Source of the DNA: the human T2T-CHM13v2.0 reference genome, Homo sapiens
Direction of reading: 5' to 3'
DNA: 64,000 bases
Assembly: GCA_009914755.4 (NCBI GenBank)
Contig: CP068257.2
Coordinates: 14,176,001 to 14,240,000 of the forward strand
Shown: positions 13,369-26,869 of the stretch, in pieces
Numbering within the stretch: position 1 is the first letter of the stretch
Layout: each line of letters starts with the position of its first letter
Made by a program: the position numbers and the translations under genes
Notes under the pieces: generated by a model
What the model was told of the DNA's origin: nothing
Databases searched by the model: none
Seen by the model: the letters and a program-made list of their open reading frames with translations, nothing else

Positions 13369-15865
13369 TAAATTTGGCCAAAATAATACTACCGGTATAT
13401 TCATATATACTTTGTGCAATAGTAAAATACTACCATTAATAACTATTTGATGTTTTTCGGAATTCTTAAGATTAAGAGAAAATTGACCAAAACTATTTAG
13501 TATATCACAGGTAAAAAGTAAGTGTATAGACCTGTAAACCAAAGATATAAATGCATAAACATATAAATATTTAAAAACATTATTCTGAAATGAACTATTA
13601 GCTGATGAAATCAATAAGTCAAAGTAAACACTGTATAGGAATTAAGAAAATAGTTTCTAGTAAAATTGAAAATATATTGTCTTTTTATTTTCTTAAAAGA
13701 TTACTCTTCACTGAGTTGCAAATATGTTTTAGGGCAACATGTTTTCTGGTATAGAAAATGCTATTTCTCAGAGAAGCTATAAATTAAGCGCATATATTTT
13801 CCTCAAACTCATTTGTCTCTTTTTATAACTGCTAGTGGATATTATTGAATAACTTTTTTTTTTTGCAAGATCTGCATGTTTTGTGTTTTAAGGAAGTAGT
13901 TCCAGCTTTTGTTTGTTTAATTTCATCTTTCGCAGACAGAGGTTTCCTTGCAGCATTACCTGGTTGGGCTTCAGCATTATCATTTGAACTTTAGAAGGAA
14001 TTATTACTTCAATAGAAGATTGTTTTACAGTGCTACAATGTAGTATTGTGACTGTCGCAGGCATGCACAAATCTGTCCAGATACTTAACTTATTTTCATG
14101 TAGATCAAATAATTGTCGTTGATTTTGATCCTGAGAGGCAGATAATTCAGCATTTTTTAAAAAGATAATGGTATCACAGCAACATTTGGATACTACAGTG
14201 CTATGGAGAATACCACCATTATAGTGGCTGGTGAACTCTACCATTATGTAGGGCTGCACTTTTCCCCCACGTGTACAAGGCTACCGCGTAGAGCAGGTGA
14301 AGCTATGTGGGTCCACAACAATGTAGTTTTTAGTAGATGTCAAGAGGTATCTAAGCTCAAATCACAGTGTAGTAACTATATTATAGTTCCTTTCATTTTT
14401 AAAACATTTCTGTCCCTTTGTGATTTCATGCTTTGCATTCTGTACATATTCTTTCCAAATCACTCCTCAGAACCTGCCCCAAGATGGAGCTACTGTGTTA
14501 TTGTTCCCTTAACATTTACTTATTCCATTCACATGTGACTATTCTTGTTATTAGTGGGAGGAAGGGGCTGCATAGTGTACTATAAGCAGTTGTGGTACCT
14601 AAGCTCCCAGACACAGGTGAATCCTCCATTCATTGGTTAAGCTCCAGTTTTATTCTTGGCTCACCTATATTTTGTGATACCAAAATATTAAGTTCTATAT
14701 ATCCTCCTCCTCTTCATCCTGTCTGTTTCTCATCTCTCCAAATTTTCAGAGTTAACATATTTTATTTCTGCTTAGTCAAACGAATACATATTTCCAACTA
14801 ATATTCCTATCTATTAAGGACTAGCCTTGCCCCATCCTCATTTTACATTTGTCATCTTTTTTCTTTCTCTGTGAAAAGACCATGTGTGCATAACTGCATC
14901 CATTTTCATGATCAATACATCTGACCATACACTTTACATGGTGTTTTGTAATTTTTAAAAAATGCAGTACTAGGTATTGGACATATATTTTCATGTCTGT
15001 TTTTACCATGCAAAATAATCTTAGAATGTTGATATATTTCTGGGAGGAACCAGAATAAAAGATGAAGAGATGGAAATGGTCAATTCCTATTCCTAGATAA
15101 CTTTTATAGTTACCTTTCAGCGTGGGTTATTTAGAAAGCAGTGGTAATACTACTTCTGTAGGAAACATTGTATCCTCCATAGACTTGACGGAAATATGCA
15201 CTTGGTTTGAATTAGTAGAAGTAGAACATGCCAAGTCCATAAATTTACAGAGTGAGATTGTTGTTTAAAAGATTGGTTTCTATTACTGTTATCTTTGAGA
15301 TTATATTAAGAAATTTGTTCTCTGTTGCAGGATAGTTTCACATATCATAATTGAATAAGACTAATGTTTCATTAGAACCATTTATTCCCTATTATTAATA
15401 GGGAAATTTTATTTTAATGTCCATGCCATCCTCTTCTGATTCTTCTCATGGTTTTCAAAGTAAGTAATTTAATTTGGTATAATACTTCCAGGATCTCAAA
15501 GCAAATCTGTATTTTAATCTCTCAGGTGTTCACTAGTATTACCAGTGACTAGTGGAAATAATAAAAGGAAATCTTGTTCATAAAATCCAACAGAATGATT
15601 TTTTTCCTCCCTGCAAAATCTTCTCGTTAAAGCTGAAACATAAGACCTCATAAAATTCAATTTCTACTGAGTGATATTCCAATTAAGAGTACTAATTCAT
15701 ATTATATTAATCAAATTAGTATTTGTTCCTCTTCTGCTAAAATGTGATCGAGAAATTCATGCGTATCAGTTCACCAGCACCATTCGTTCCCTACTGAGAT
15801 AATAAATGATGGGAAAGTATTTTTTGGTTCATTTCATGCTGCTTCCCTAGATCTGCTTACTGCAA

Positions 15866-16849
15866 AGGCAAACTTACCTGAATACTTTTGTTGAGATTTT
15901 CAGCCAGCCATTCTTTGCTGTCAGTGTGGGGATCAGAATGAGTAGGGGAGCAAACTTACCTGAATACTGTTGTTGAGATTTTCAGCCAGCCATTCTTTGC
16001 TGTCAGTGTGGGGATCAGAATGAGTAGGGGAGCAAACTTACCTGAATACTGTTGTTGAGATTTTCAGCCAGCCATTCTTTGCTGTCAGTGTGGGGATCAG
16101 AATGAGTAGGGGAGCAAACTTACCTGAATACTGTTGTTGAGATTTTCAGCCAGCCATTCTTTGCTGTCAGTGTGTGGATCAGAGTGAGTAGGGGAGCAAA
16201 CTTACCTGAATACTGTTGTTGAGATTTTCAGCCAGCCATCCTTTGCTGTCAGTGTGTGGATCAGAATGAGTAGGGGAGCAAACTTACCTGAATACTGTTG
16301 TTGAGATTTTCAGCCAGCCATCCTTTGCTGTCAGTGTAGGGAACAGAGTGAGTAGGGGAGCAAACTTACCTGAATACTGTTGTTGAGATTTTCAGCCAGC
16401 CATCCTTTGCTGTCAGTGTGTGGATCAGAGTGAGTAGGGGAGCAAACTTACCTGAATACTGTTGTTGAGATTTTCAGCCAGCCATCCTTTGCTGTCAGTG
16501 TGTGGATCAGAGTGAGTAGGGGAGCAAACTTACCTGCATACTGTTGTTGAGATTTTCAGCCAGCCATCCTTTGCTGTCAGTGTGTGGATCAGAGTGAGTA
16601 GGGGAGCAAACTTACCTGAATACTGTTGTTGAGATTTTCAGCCAGCCATCCTTTGCTGTCAGTGTGTGGATCAGAGTGAGTAGGGGAGCAAACTTACCTG
16701 AATACTGTTGTTGAGATTTTCAGCCAGCCATCCTTTGCTGTCAGTGTGTGGATCAGAGTGAGTAGGGGAGCAAACTTACCTGAATACTGTTGTTGAGATT
16801 TTCAGCCAGCCATCCTTTGCTGTCAGTGTGGGGATCAGAGTGAGTAGGG
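15866..16849. repeat. 82-bp minisatellite/VNTR, about 12 tandem copies. Unit: gcaaacttacctgaatactgttgttgagattttcagccagccatcctttgctgtcagtgtgtggatcagagtgagtaggggag.
   Basis: Unit starts at 15951, 16033, 16115... (period 82). Copies differ at a few positions (ttctttg/tcctttg, gtgtggg/gtgtgtg, agaatg/agagtg). The array ends at agtagggttttttttt. Confidence 0.95.
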
Positions 16850-17357
16850 TTTTTTTTTCTGAGTGTGAACAGCACACCCTACCTAAGGCCACTTAAGAGA
16901 CACTGGAGTCAGAATCTCTGGAGAAAGGATCTGATACAGTGCTATCTTAAAGAGATCTTCAGATAATTCTGAGGTTAAGCAGCATGGCTCTAGGCTGTAT
17001 TTATAAAACAGAAATTATGCTGGAGAGAAGAGCGTTGTCCGAGTTACTATTTTACTTATATTACTCTTGTCTTATCCAAGAAGTATCTGAAGTCCTTACA
17101 ATATAGCACACCCAGATTTCTTTAAAAAATAAGGAAACACTAGTGAAGATTGGAATGAAGTGTATTGCGTAAGGTTTTATAAATTTCTCTAGAGGAAGCA
17201 GGCAGAGTTGGCTCTGGAACTTCTCTACACTGTCTACAAGTTAAAAATAAGCTGATGTTCCAGGAGAGTACGGTTGGATCCTGAGAGTAAGACCTGGTAG
17301 AATAAACAGTATCGTCAGTGTTCTCAGATTCCTTGAAAGCAGGAACTAGGTGATATT

Positions 17358-17646
17358 CTTTTTTTTTTTTCTGAGACAGTTTCACTTTGTTGCCCAGGCT
17401 GAAGTGCAGTGGCATGATCTTAGCTCACTGCCTGCCGGGTTCAAGCAATTCTTGTGCCTCAGCCTCCTGAGTAGCTGAGACTACAGGCATATACCACCAC
17501 ACTGGGCTGATTTTTTTGTATTTTAGTAGAGACAAGGCTTCACCATGTTGATCAGTCTTGAACTCAAATTCCTGAGCTCAGGCAGTCCTCCCACCTCAGC
17601 CTCCCAAAGTGCTAGGATTACAGGCATGAAGCCACCATGCCAGGCC
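17358..17646 (-). mobile_element. Alu SINE (antisense).
   Basis: Poly-T then ctgagacagtttcactttgttgcccaggctgaagtgcagtggc ... gtgctaggattacaggcatgaagccaccatgccaggcc. Track - ORF 17140..17415 overlaps it. Confidence 0.9.
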
Positions 17647-18567
17647 TGGTGGTGTTCTTATTTATATCTCCAGCATCTAGTATAATAAACGACATATGAT
17701 AGATGTTCCTTGAAAGTTTTCTGTTAATAAGTTCATTCCCTATGGAGATTTCCAATAATGAATTTCTTAGGGGTGATCCTCAGTGTAGGAGAACATAAAA
17801 TTTTAAAGTAGAAACAAAATAGTCACACAATAAGGAGGCAGGCCAAATACATGGGGTGAGGATGTAGCTCTTTGTCCCGGATAAATTTATGGTTTGACTC
17901 TGGTTTCTAAACCTCTCTCCCCCACACCCCTCAGACTTTCTTCGGAATGGGGCCCAGGAATCTGAAGTTTCAAAAATTCCACCAGCGATTCTATGCAACC
18001 ACCTAAGCGTGGCTCTTTGTAGGCTCTTACAGGGTATTGTGGACTTTTAAATACATTTCTAGAAATGGATGCACTGTGTATCTCTCAAGCAGTCCGCTTT
18101 AAATCTTCTTCAGTGTGAACGTAATAAGTATTGACTTACTAGTAAGTCAAAAAAATAAAGACTTCTGAAAGATATCAGAGATGTTGGTCTTATTTTTATA
18201 GTTAAGAGCAACCCTTACTCTTTAATAGAAAGCCAATTGGTGGTAAAGTTGACCTTCTTAAAAGATTGAAGACCATAACCAGGAAATATGCATAAGTAAA
18301 GCACCCCCAAACCTCCTCAATAGCCTGTTTCAACATGAAGATGGACAAAAGGAGCAGACTCAGAGTTCCCTCAGAATGTTGAGTTGTCTTCTATAACAGC
18401 TAGAGAAGCATGGCCGGAAAATCACTCTGTGGAGGCCAGTCATTTGAAAATCCTAGAGAAATACCCATAGAACAGATGAGTGATTGGAGAGAGACTTTAG
18501 GAATAAGGATATTATTTACCTCCATAGAGAACTGGTCATTCATGGTGAAATGAGTGCATTTAAATTT

Positions 18568-18718
18568 TTTGTTTGTTTGTTTCCAGTCTCCCAGGGTTTC
18601 AAACCATTGTGGGTTTACCTACCGTGACTACAACACCACTCATCTAAGTTCCCTGGGAGGTATATACACAGGGAAAACCCTAGAGAAAATTGTTCTGTAT
18701 GGCATTTAGGGAATTTAT
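18568..18718. repeat. Copy 1 of an approximately 150-bp dispersed intronic repeat (partner at 19878-20027, about 85% identical).
   Basis: ccagtctcccagggtttcaaaccattgtgggtttacctaccgtgactacaacaccactcatctaagttccctgggaggtatatacacagggaaaaccctagagaaaattgttctgtatggcatttag versus ccaatctcccagggtgtcaaatattgtaggttcaactcccgtgacaacgaaaccactcacttaagttccctaggaggtatatacatagggcaaaccccagagaaaattgttctgtatgacatttag. Confidence 0.8.
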
Positions 18719-19877
18719 AGCTGTGGGCCACTAGTGATGGGGTTTTTAATAGGGTTAGAGGATGAACAACAATTGTATTATATGGTAAAAGCCGAACTTG
18801 TTCTGCTGTTGTTCCTAACACAGAAATAGAAATTACTAAAGTGTATGGTAGGGTATTAGTTGCGTGAGCCTTCCATACAGAACAACACAATATAACCAGT
18901 ACATGTTACATTGAATAGAGAGTAATTCTTTTTGTTTAAAAATATGAGTAGGTAGGTACAGTCTGGAAATAATGTATCAGAAATATTAATAGTGCTTATC
19001 TCTGAGTAATGCAAAGAGTTTTAAATTTTCCACATTTTTCTTGTTTGTTCTAGTAAACATTTTTATTCTTTGGTTTGATAAATTGAAGACAAAACCTCTT
19101 TTTTTGTCTTCTTTGACAGTTTTTTTATACGGACTTTATTTTATAATCTGATTCCCTTGTAATTCTTCTAAGACCACTTCCCTGTGAGTAGCCTGTGTTT
19201 CATCTACACCAGATTACTCATCGTTTCTATTGCATATAGGAAATTTTCCTGTCATTATGGCATGTTCATGAAGTATCCTTCATCTTAAAAATGTTCTTTT
19301 ATCTTTAGTGTTCATGAATTTTTTCATATTCTTTAAGATCTTCCTCATATCCCAGAGTCTTTGTGAGTTTCTCTGAGAGCACTTCTCTAGTAGCTATTGT
19401 CTTTTCCCTCTTAATTCCAACCTTTTCTTACTACCAAATGTATTATGTTCTTCTCTATTGTACTTATATTTTGGCTTGCCTTCCAGTGTAGAGTCTCATA
19501 TATAGCAGGGATTTTATGAATCTTTGATCAGACCTTACAATGTGCTATTCCTTCTGCCTGGAATCTTTTCTATTCTTTTCTCCAAGATAATCCTCTACAA
19601 ATCCTTCAAGACTCATCTAAGTTAGCACCTCTTCTAGAAAGTGTTTCTTAACAGGCAGCATTATCTCAAGTATGTGTATTGGGTCCACAGTGCTTTTATA
19701 AAACCTTGTGCGTAACTTTTATTGAATTTAGCACATTGTATTATAATAGAATGTATATTTATCAGATTTTACTCAGAGTTCCTTAAAATTAGTGAAGTAT
19801 GTAATCTTTTTTGTTTTTTATATTTTTAATACCTAATATAGTACTGAAAATGGCACAGGTTCAATAAACATGTTGGG

Positions 19878-20027
19878 AATGCAATTTGAATTTTTTGTTT
19901 CCAATCTCCCAGGGTGTCAAATATTGTAGGTTCAACTCCCGTGACAACGAAACCACTCACTTAAGTTCCCTAGGAGGTATATACATAGGGCAAACCCCAG
20001 AGAAAATTGTTCTGTATGACATTTAGC
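19878..20027. repeat. Copy 2 of the approximately 150-bp dispersed intronic repeat (partner at 18568-18718).
   Basis: See the partner entry. Flanking sequence diverges on both sides. Confidence 0.8.
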
Positions 20028-21814
20028 CAGAAGCATTCAGTGTTACTCATAACGTTTTTGTACTCAAACTCCTTTATGGAAGGAAACCTTGGCCCTGGTG
20101 ACCTAAGGTGGATTTGACATGTGTTGATCAGATAACATTACTCTTGGTCCTAAGAACCAATTTTACAAAGATTCTAGGTTTCAGTGGGTCATTAGACCAA
20201 TGTCAGACCAGATGGATTTATTGCTTTAAGTTCACATCCAATTATTAACCGTTGACATTATCTGCTATGGTGAAGAGAGGAAGAGTGCCAAACACAAGGA
20301 AAAGTTTTATCAACAAGGAGTTTCTCTCCCAGCCCTAAAGCAGCTGGCATGAGCCACCTATCATGAAGTCTTCCAGAAGCAGAAGTATTGCTAAGCTGAT
20401 GGTAGCCAAAGATTTTCTTTATCTATTACTCATGGGCATTGAAAGGCTATTGCAGTCCAAAATCAGGAAATGATTTAATGAGGACATTAAACTTCTTTTA
20501 ACTTCTCTCCTTCCTTTTTGTACACATTGTAAGCATCCTCACCTCTGGTTTTCCTTATCACATAGTTTTACCTCCATGATCTTAGTTAACTCTGTCAAAA
20601 ACTTGGTGTGTTCATGTGCAGTCTCCACACCTTTGTGTCCAAAATATGTCTTGATTCTAGCCAATTTTGTGTCCCCCTGTTGCTCTCTCTCTTAATCAGA
20701 AAGCACATTTATTTCTTTTTCATGTTGCTCTACTGCCTTCTATTACCTTCACCGATCTCTAGTTTTACTTTCCTCTCTAATTCGTTCTTCACAATATCCC
20801 CAGAATAATTTTTTAAAAACTGCTATGTTGCCATTATATTATGTACTATATTATATACCTGCATCATCTCTTGCCATTTCTCCACTCTCATACTGTAGTC
20901 CAGTCATATTATTCTTTTTTTTGAATGTAGTCCATGCTTACTGCATGGACTCTCCATTCTTCCACCTGGAAAAACAGCTCATTCATTATTCAGCTTAATA
21001 GGTCACTTTAGGTCACATCCAAATTGCTCACATCACTTCACTGCCATTGTTCCCATATAAAGTGTTATAATATTGTCAAAATTTATATATATGATTATTT
21101 GGTTAGTGGTGTTCTCCACAGATGACTGTGAGCTTCATGGAGACAGAGACTGGCTGCTTTGTCAGAGACTCACTGAGATAAACCCTTTAGGTCATGTAAG
21201 GATTTTGGGCTTGTCTCATCTAGGGAACACCCAGTGGATGTTCATTGTACATTGTTGGATATATAAGTCTGGAACTCAAAAGATGGATAGGAGATATCGT
21301 GAATTTTTATTGGTACCAGTTTGCCTTTCCTCTGACAACACTCAGCTACTGGGGCAAGTACAGAAAAGATGGAAGGTTAGGTTCATTCAGGGTTAAGATT
21401 TTGTCAGGAAGTGTGAAGGAAGATGCTGTGGCCAGAGAAAAATAGCTCCTGTGCACTCTATGGAAAGTCAGCCCAAGATTGCTGTTCAAACCAAATTCTT
21501 TTGGTAAAATGCTGGCAATTTTCCAAAATGAGCTTTTGTTATTTCTCATGGCAGAAAAATTTACTGTGAATTCCTTACCATAAACTATAATGAGAGCTTT
21601 CTTTCATAATTATTGGAGTACTCTTAGTTCTGGGTTTTTGTTTTTTAATAAATTCTGGGAAGAAGTGCTATACGTGGAAAGATATATTTTACTTTGAATG
21701 GAAGACTAAAATTGGTTCTTACATAACTTCAGACATAGAAATGAATAAAAGATTTATCTTAGTATAGACTCTGTGGTTTATATTAGATATATAATTGATT
21801 CTTTTCTCATGAAG

Positions 21815-21957
21815 CACAAGCAGCAGGAGACCCAGAATATCTAGAGCAGCCATCAAGAAGTGATTTCTCAAAGCACTTGAAAGAAGAAACTATTCAAATA
21901 ATTACCAAGGCATCACATGAGCATGAAGATAAAAGTCCTGAAACAGTTTTGCAGTCG
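21815..21957 (+). CDS. USP28: USP28 coding exon encoding [48 protein letters not shown]. Probably exon 19 if the terminal exon is exon 25.
   Basis: Acceptor cttttctcatgaag|CACAAG and donor GCAGTCG|gtaagaac. G + CA = Ala joins the previous exon. Ends in phase 0. Confidence 0.85.
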
Positions 21958-22368
21958 GTAAGAACTTTTCTTTTGGCTCTCTGAACATAGCCATGGTCAC
22001 GACATTTCCTCCAGTATAGTGGAGAGGGACCTGTCAGGGAGTCAGGAGAGACGGGGCCCAGTGATGGCTCTGCCATGGGCATGATCAGTGACCATGGGCA
22101 AGTCATCTCATGCCCAGGCTGTGATTTCCTCAGCTGTGATTTTAAAGACACTTTTCTCTTAAGTTTCTGTCTTTCTGCTAGAGAATTCTAATGAATCATA
22201 ATCATAGATTAAATTGACCATTTGATCTGGAACTTAAAAAGAGAAGTGTAAAATTTAGCAGTATTTCTCCTGTCTCTCACCCATTCCTCCATCTGTAATC
22301 TGATTACATGGGAATAGTTGAGAATTTAAGACCTAATTGTCATAATTTCATGAAATGTGTTTAACAAT

Positions 22369-22438
22369 AAAACTACTAGATACTGTAGATTAGAGTATTA
22401 TTTAAAACTACTAGATACTGTAGATTAGAGTATTATTA
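22369..22438. repeat. Local tandem duplication, 2 x about 35 bp (aactactagatactgtagattagagtattattta).
   Basis: Directly visible. Confidence 0.85.
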
Positions 22439-24421
22439 GAAGGATAAGTAGGATGTTGCAAAACTGTTTGTGAATATTTTAAGAACGTCCTGTGCAAAAA
22501 CGTCATTAGGCTACTCTATTGTAGTTTTCAACTACATCTTTTTATAGCGGTAAATTGAGCATGTTTGGTGTTATACTGTGTTATCAGTGAATATGGCATT
22601 CTGAGAGAAGCTATTTCAAGAATTTGTTACTACTAAACCTTTTAGTTCCTGTAGTCATTTATCTTTTATTAGTGAGCATAAGCAGCTCTAATGCAGATTT
22701 TGTGGTAGTTCCTTTTAATATTTGAAGATTCCCCTTGACAACTAAAAAGAGTACGACATATCATAATTTTACAACACGTAATTTTCTGCTTAGTAAGTGA
22801 ATTCAGTGCCAGCAATAACCTGCTAATTGCAATGAGGCCTTAAATATATAATAAGACTTCCTTTAGCCAAAATGTTCAAGAGATATGGTACTCTGTTAAT
22901 TTTGTTTTGATGAACTAAATAACAATACAAATTATTTTTTGTTTGAACAATTTTGAAAATGTATTAATATATCATCTTATTAAAATGTATTAATTTAAAT
23001 AGATATTTGATGATTCCAAATTTTGCAAATGCCTTAGAAGCTTTAAATGAATTTGATGTGAACATCACTAACTCTAAAGCTTTTCCTGGAAAATGCTTTG
23101 TTTAGTGGATCTGGGATGTCTGCTTCTTGGGTGATGGTAAGAGGAAAACCTAGGGAAGGAGAAAGAACAGAGGAGTAGGTACAAGGGGAAATAGTTTTGT
23201 CTGACAAAAACTGCATTTGCAAGGCCTCTGCTAATTAGAACTTTTATTTGTTAAAGGCCTAAATTATGATTAATGAGTGTCACTTTTTAAGCTGGTATTA
23301 GAAAACCAAAAGCATTACTTAGCTTAATGTAGAATCCTGATTTTAAGTTTGGAAAATCATATGGAATTTAAATTTGCAGAAGTCAGCTAAATTTTGATTG
23401 CTCAGCTTCATAATATGGATATCGTCTTATAAGGTAGCAACCTACTACCTCATCTTTACTTCAGAAAGGAGGATGACAGGGAGACTATATGATATAGACA
23501 AATACACTATTTGTCTATTCATTTAATTGTTTTCTGGAGTGGCATCCACAGTTAGCCCCATTGCATATGTAAATCCTGAAGCAAGTCTGAGAATTCATTA
23601 ACCGTGGCTTGATCTTACAGTCAGTTGCTTAGCGTCATGGTAACTACTTCATAGCGGTTTTTTTCATTTAAACTTAGCGTACACTAGAAGCTAAATTGCA
23701 CAGGTGAAAAGTATCTTCAGACTTTGGGATTAAACATTTCTGGATTTTGGAATATTAGTTTTATTTATTATGAATGCAACCTTGAATAAATTGCCAAATT
23801 TCTCCAGATAGACCTCAGTCTTCTTTTCCATAAAATGAAGGTAATTGTAGGATTAGTCAAGAGCATTATTTGTAAGTGCCTGGCATGGCATGTAGTAGGC
23901 ACTGAGTAACTGTTGGTTTCCTTCTGTTACATCAGTCCTAGCCGCTTTTCAAATATGCAATATATTAAAATCAACTTTAATATAAGAAAAATTTCCTGGA
24001 AAGCGTAGAATCATGGAAATTAGAGAAAGTCTTCAAGTGTTTAGGCACCCTGCTTTTTAGAAAAATGTCTTTAATTTTAAATGGAATACTTAGGATATTT
24101 TCAATATAGAAGAGTAGACCCTGAGAAAAAGTCATGCATAGTCCCACTCACTACTCATAGTTAATTATTGTAAATATGTTGGTATTTATTTCACTTTTAT
24201 TTTAATATGTAGATTTGGGATTTATTTTTATAGTTGAGTTGCATACAAAATTTTGTGTTGCCTTCTTTTAATCACTTACCTTTTATAACCATTTCCCCAT
24301 GTTGTAAACTCAGTGAAAACATTTAGTGGCTGAGTATTATTCCATTGAATAATTAACTTCTTGTTTATGTATCTGCTACTCAATCGTATATTTGTGTCTA
24401 CTTTTACATTATAAATAGGCT

Positions 24422-24538
24422 GCTAGAAATGAAAACTTTTTTCATATTTCAGGTTATTTCCTTAGAATAGATTTCCCATGCTAGAAATGAAAACTTTTTT
24501 CATATTTCAGGTTATTTCCTTAGAATAGATTTCCCATG
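24422..24538. repeat. Local tandem duplication, 2 x 58 bp (gctagaaatgaaaacttttttcatatttcaggttatttccttagaatagatttcccat).
   Basis: Directly visible, near-perfect. Confidence 0.9.
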
Positions 24539-25494
24539 GTTGAATTACTAGCTTAAAAGGTAAAGGCACATTAATGTGGCCGTGGACTTAGATAGCTTTT
24601 TTGTCACCCTTCTTATGAGACCACTTTTTAAGAAGTCATATAATTAATGGATTTCAGGCAAGTCATAAAAATCTTCGTATTTTAATTATTTTTGCAGCAT
24701 ATTAACTGAGAAACTTATTTTTAACTCTTTTCAAGTTTAGCCTTTGTTAATGTATTCATATAAGACCTGAAAACAATAGAAAAAGATAAATAAACATGTA
24801 TTTTACTCTAGTGAGCCCTTAAATTCTTTACATGGAAAATTTTTATGGTACTTTGGGATATCTAAATTTGGCAAATGATACTACAGAATTATTATATGTG
24901 GCAAAGTTTCTTCCCCCTTTCAGCTTTTACCCATGTATTTAATCAGCATTATGCTGTTGAAATTCTTCAATAGTAACTGAAAAGGTTTATAAAACATTTA
25001 TGTTCCCTAAGTGCAATTTTTTTCCCCCAAAGGGAATCTGTTTTGTAAGGATTAATATTCTAAGTGATAACCATTTGCTTCAAATTTATATTTTCTTTTC
25101 CTAAGATAGAATTGTTTTGGATTGGTTTGCTAGTGAGAAATCATCACCACAAACTCCGAACAGATTTCTGAATTTACCTGTTTATATTTCACTCTTGTGT
25201 ACAGAGACCTAGCACAGTTCGTCTCTTATATGCTAGAAAGATTAAAAATCCTTAATTAAATGTCATGGACCAAGCACATCTCTGTAGAATGTGTGTGATA
25301 GTAGTATTAGGTTAAAATTATTCAAATATAAACAATTTAAAGTAGCACAACAAAGTAGTACAATGACTCATAGCTGTCATTTTATAGAACAGCCGTTACA
25401 TACCTGGTGTTGGCTTAGCTGCATATTATCTCTCATGATCATGATACCTGTTCATGCTGATCATTTCCTGTTGAAAAGTTGTGGATTTTGATAA

Positions 25495-25862
<368 letters not shown>

Positions 25863-26869
25863 AAAAATAGTGTTTATTTTAAAAGGGGCAGTACCAGTTG
25901 CAGCTATTGGTTTTGTTTTGTTTTATTGTTCAGTTAAACTCTTTTTCTATATATGCTTCCAGGAAGCCAGGAAATGTTCACATTGCTAAAATTTACCCAT
26001 ATTTCTAATGGAAATGAAACCTCTTTAATTGCTGTTATAAAAATGTTTTTTGTAATATCAAAACAAAAGTTTATCTTTGTGTATGAAAACTTATGCAATT
26101 CAGTTACTTAAGTTGTTTTCAAGCACCTTCAGTACTTTTGGCTTTTTTAATAGGTAAATAGTGGATATGCTAGTTATAAATATGTTGAATAAGATAAATA
26201 AGTATGTAAACATCTGTATGGTATTTTGAATGAATCATATTAGTGTCATGAAGTTTTGAATGAAATTTTCTGAATTTTACACTGACTTCTGTATTAGTGT
26301 AGATTACTGAAATACATAGAATTTGTTAACAATAAAAAGAAAAAAAGGAATAAATCTGATTGAGTTGTTAAAAATGGGTATCAGCTTCCAACAGCTTTTT
26401 CTTATTTTCAGCAGGTGTTTGTTGAACACTTAAGATATAAATATACTGGAGCCTCATAGGCTGTATATAATAAGTTAAACAAAATAGAATATGGATATTA
26501 ACTGGATACACAATTGATTACCAAAAACAATAGAAGGATAAAATTATAAGGAAAAAAACCCTACAAATTCTGATGAGTTTAGAGGAGGTCATATCTTATT
26601 TTGGTTGAGATATCAAGAAAGGTTTTTGGGAGCTATTGGACTTTTTAAAAAATTGTCAGCTATACAGACAATAATAGAAAATACAACTCCACTATTTTTT
26701 ATCTTAAGTACTTAAAGTTCTAAATACTTTCAGGGAAAAATGTAATGATATTGGTAATACCCAGTTTGAGGATGTAAAGGGAAAACTGCAGATTTTGTAT
26801 TACTACTTGATGAATGCATTTGCTTCTGATGTTCAGTTTTAAGTGGTTTCATTTGATACCAAGTCAATG

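Noticed and set aside
14203-14538. 111-aa + strand ORF (MENTTIIVAGELYHYVGLHFSPTCTRLPRRAGEAMWVHNN...) overlapping a 123-aa - strand ORF (13888..14259). Both are unusually long for intronic sequence and include a few CpGs.
   Set aside because: There are no splice sites placing it in the USP28 frame, no recognisable domain, and it is AT-rich with low-complexity tails. It is most likely chance ORFs in an old repeat fragment. A BLASTP or Dfam search would settle it.
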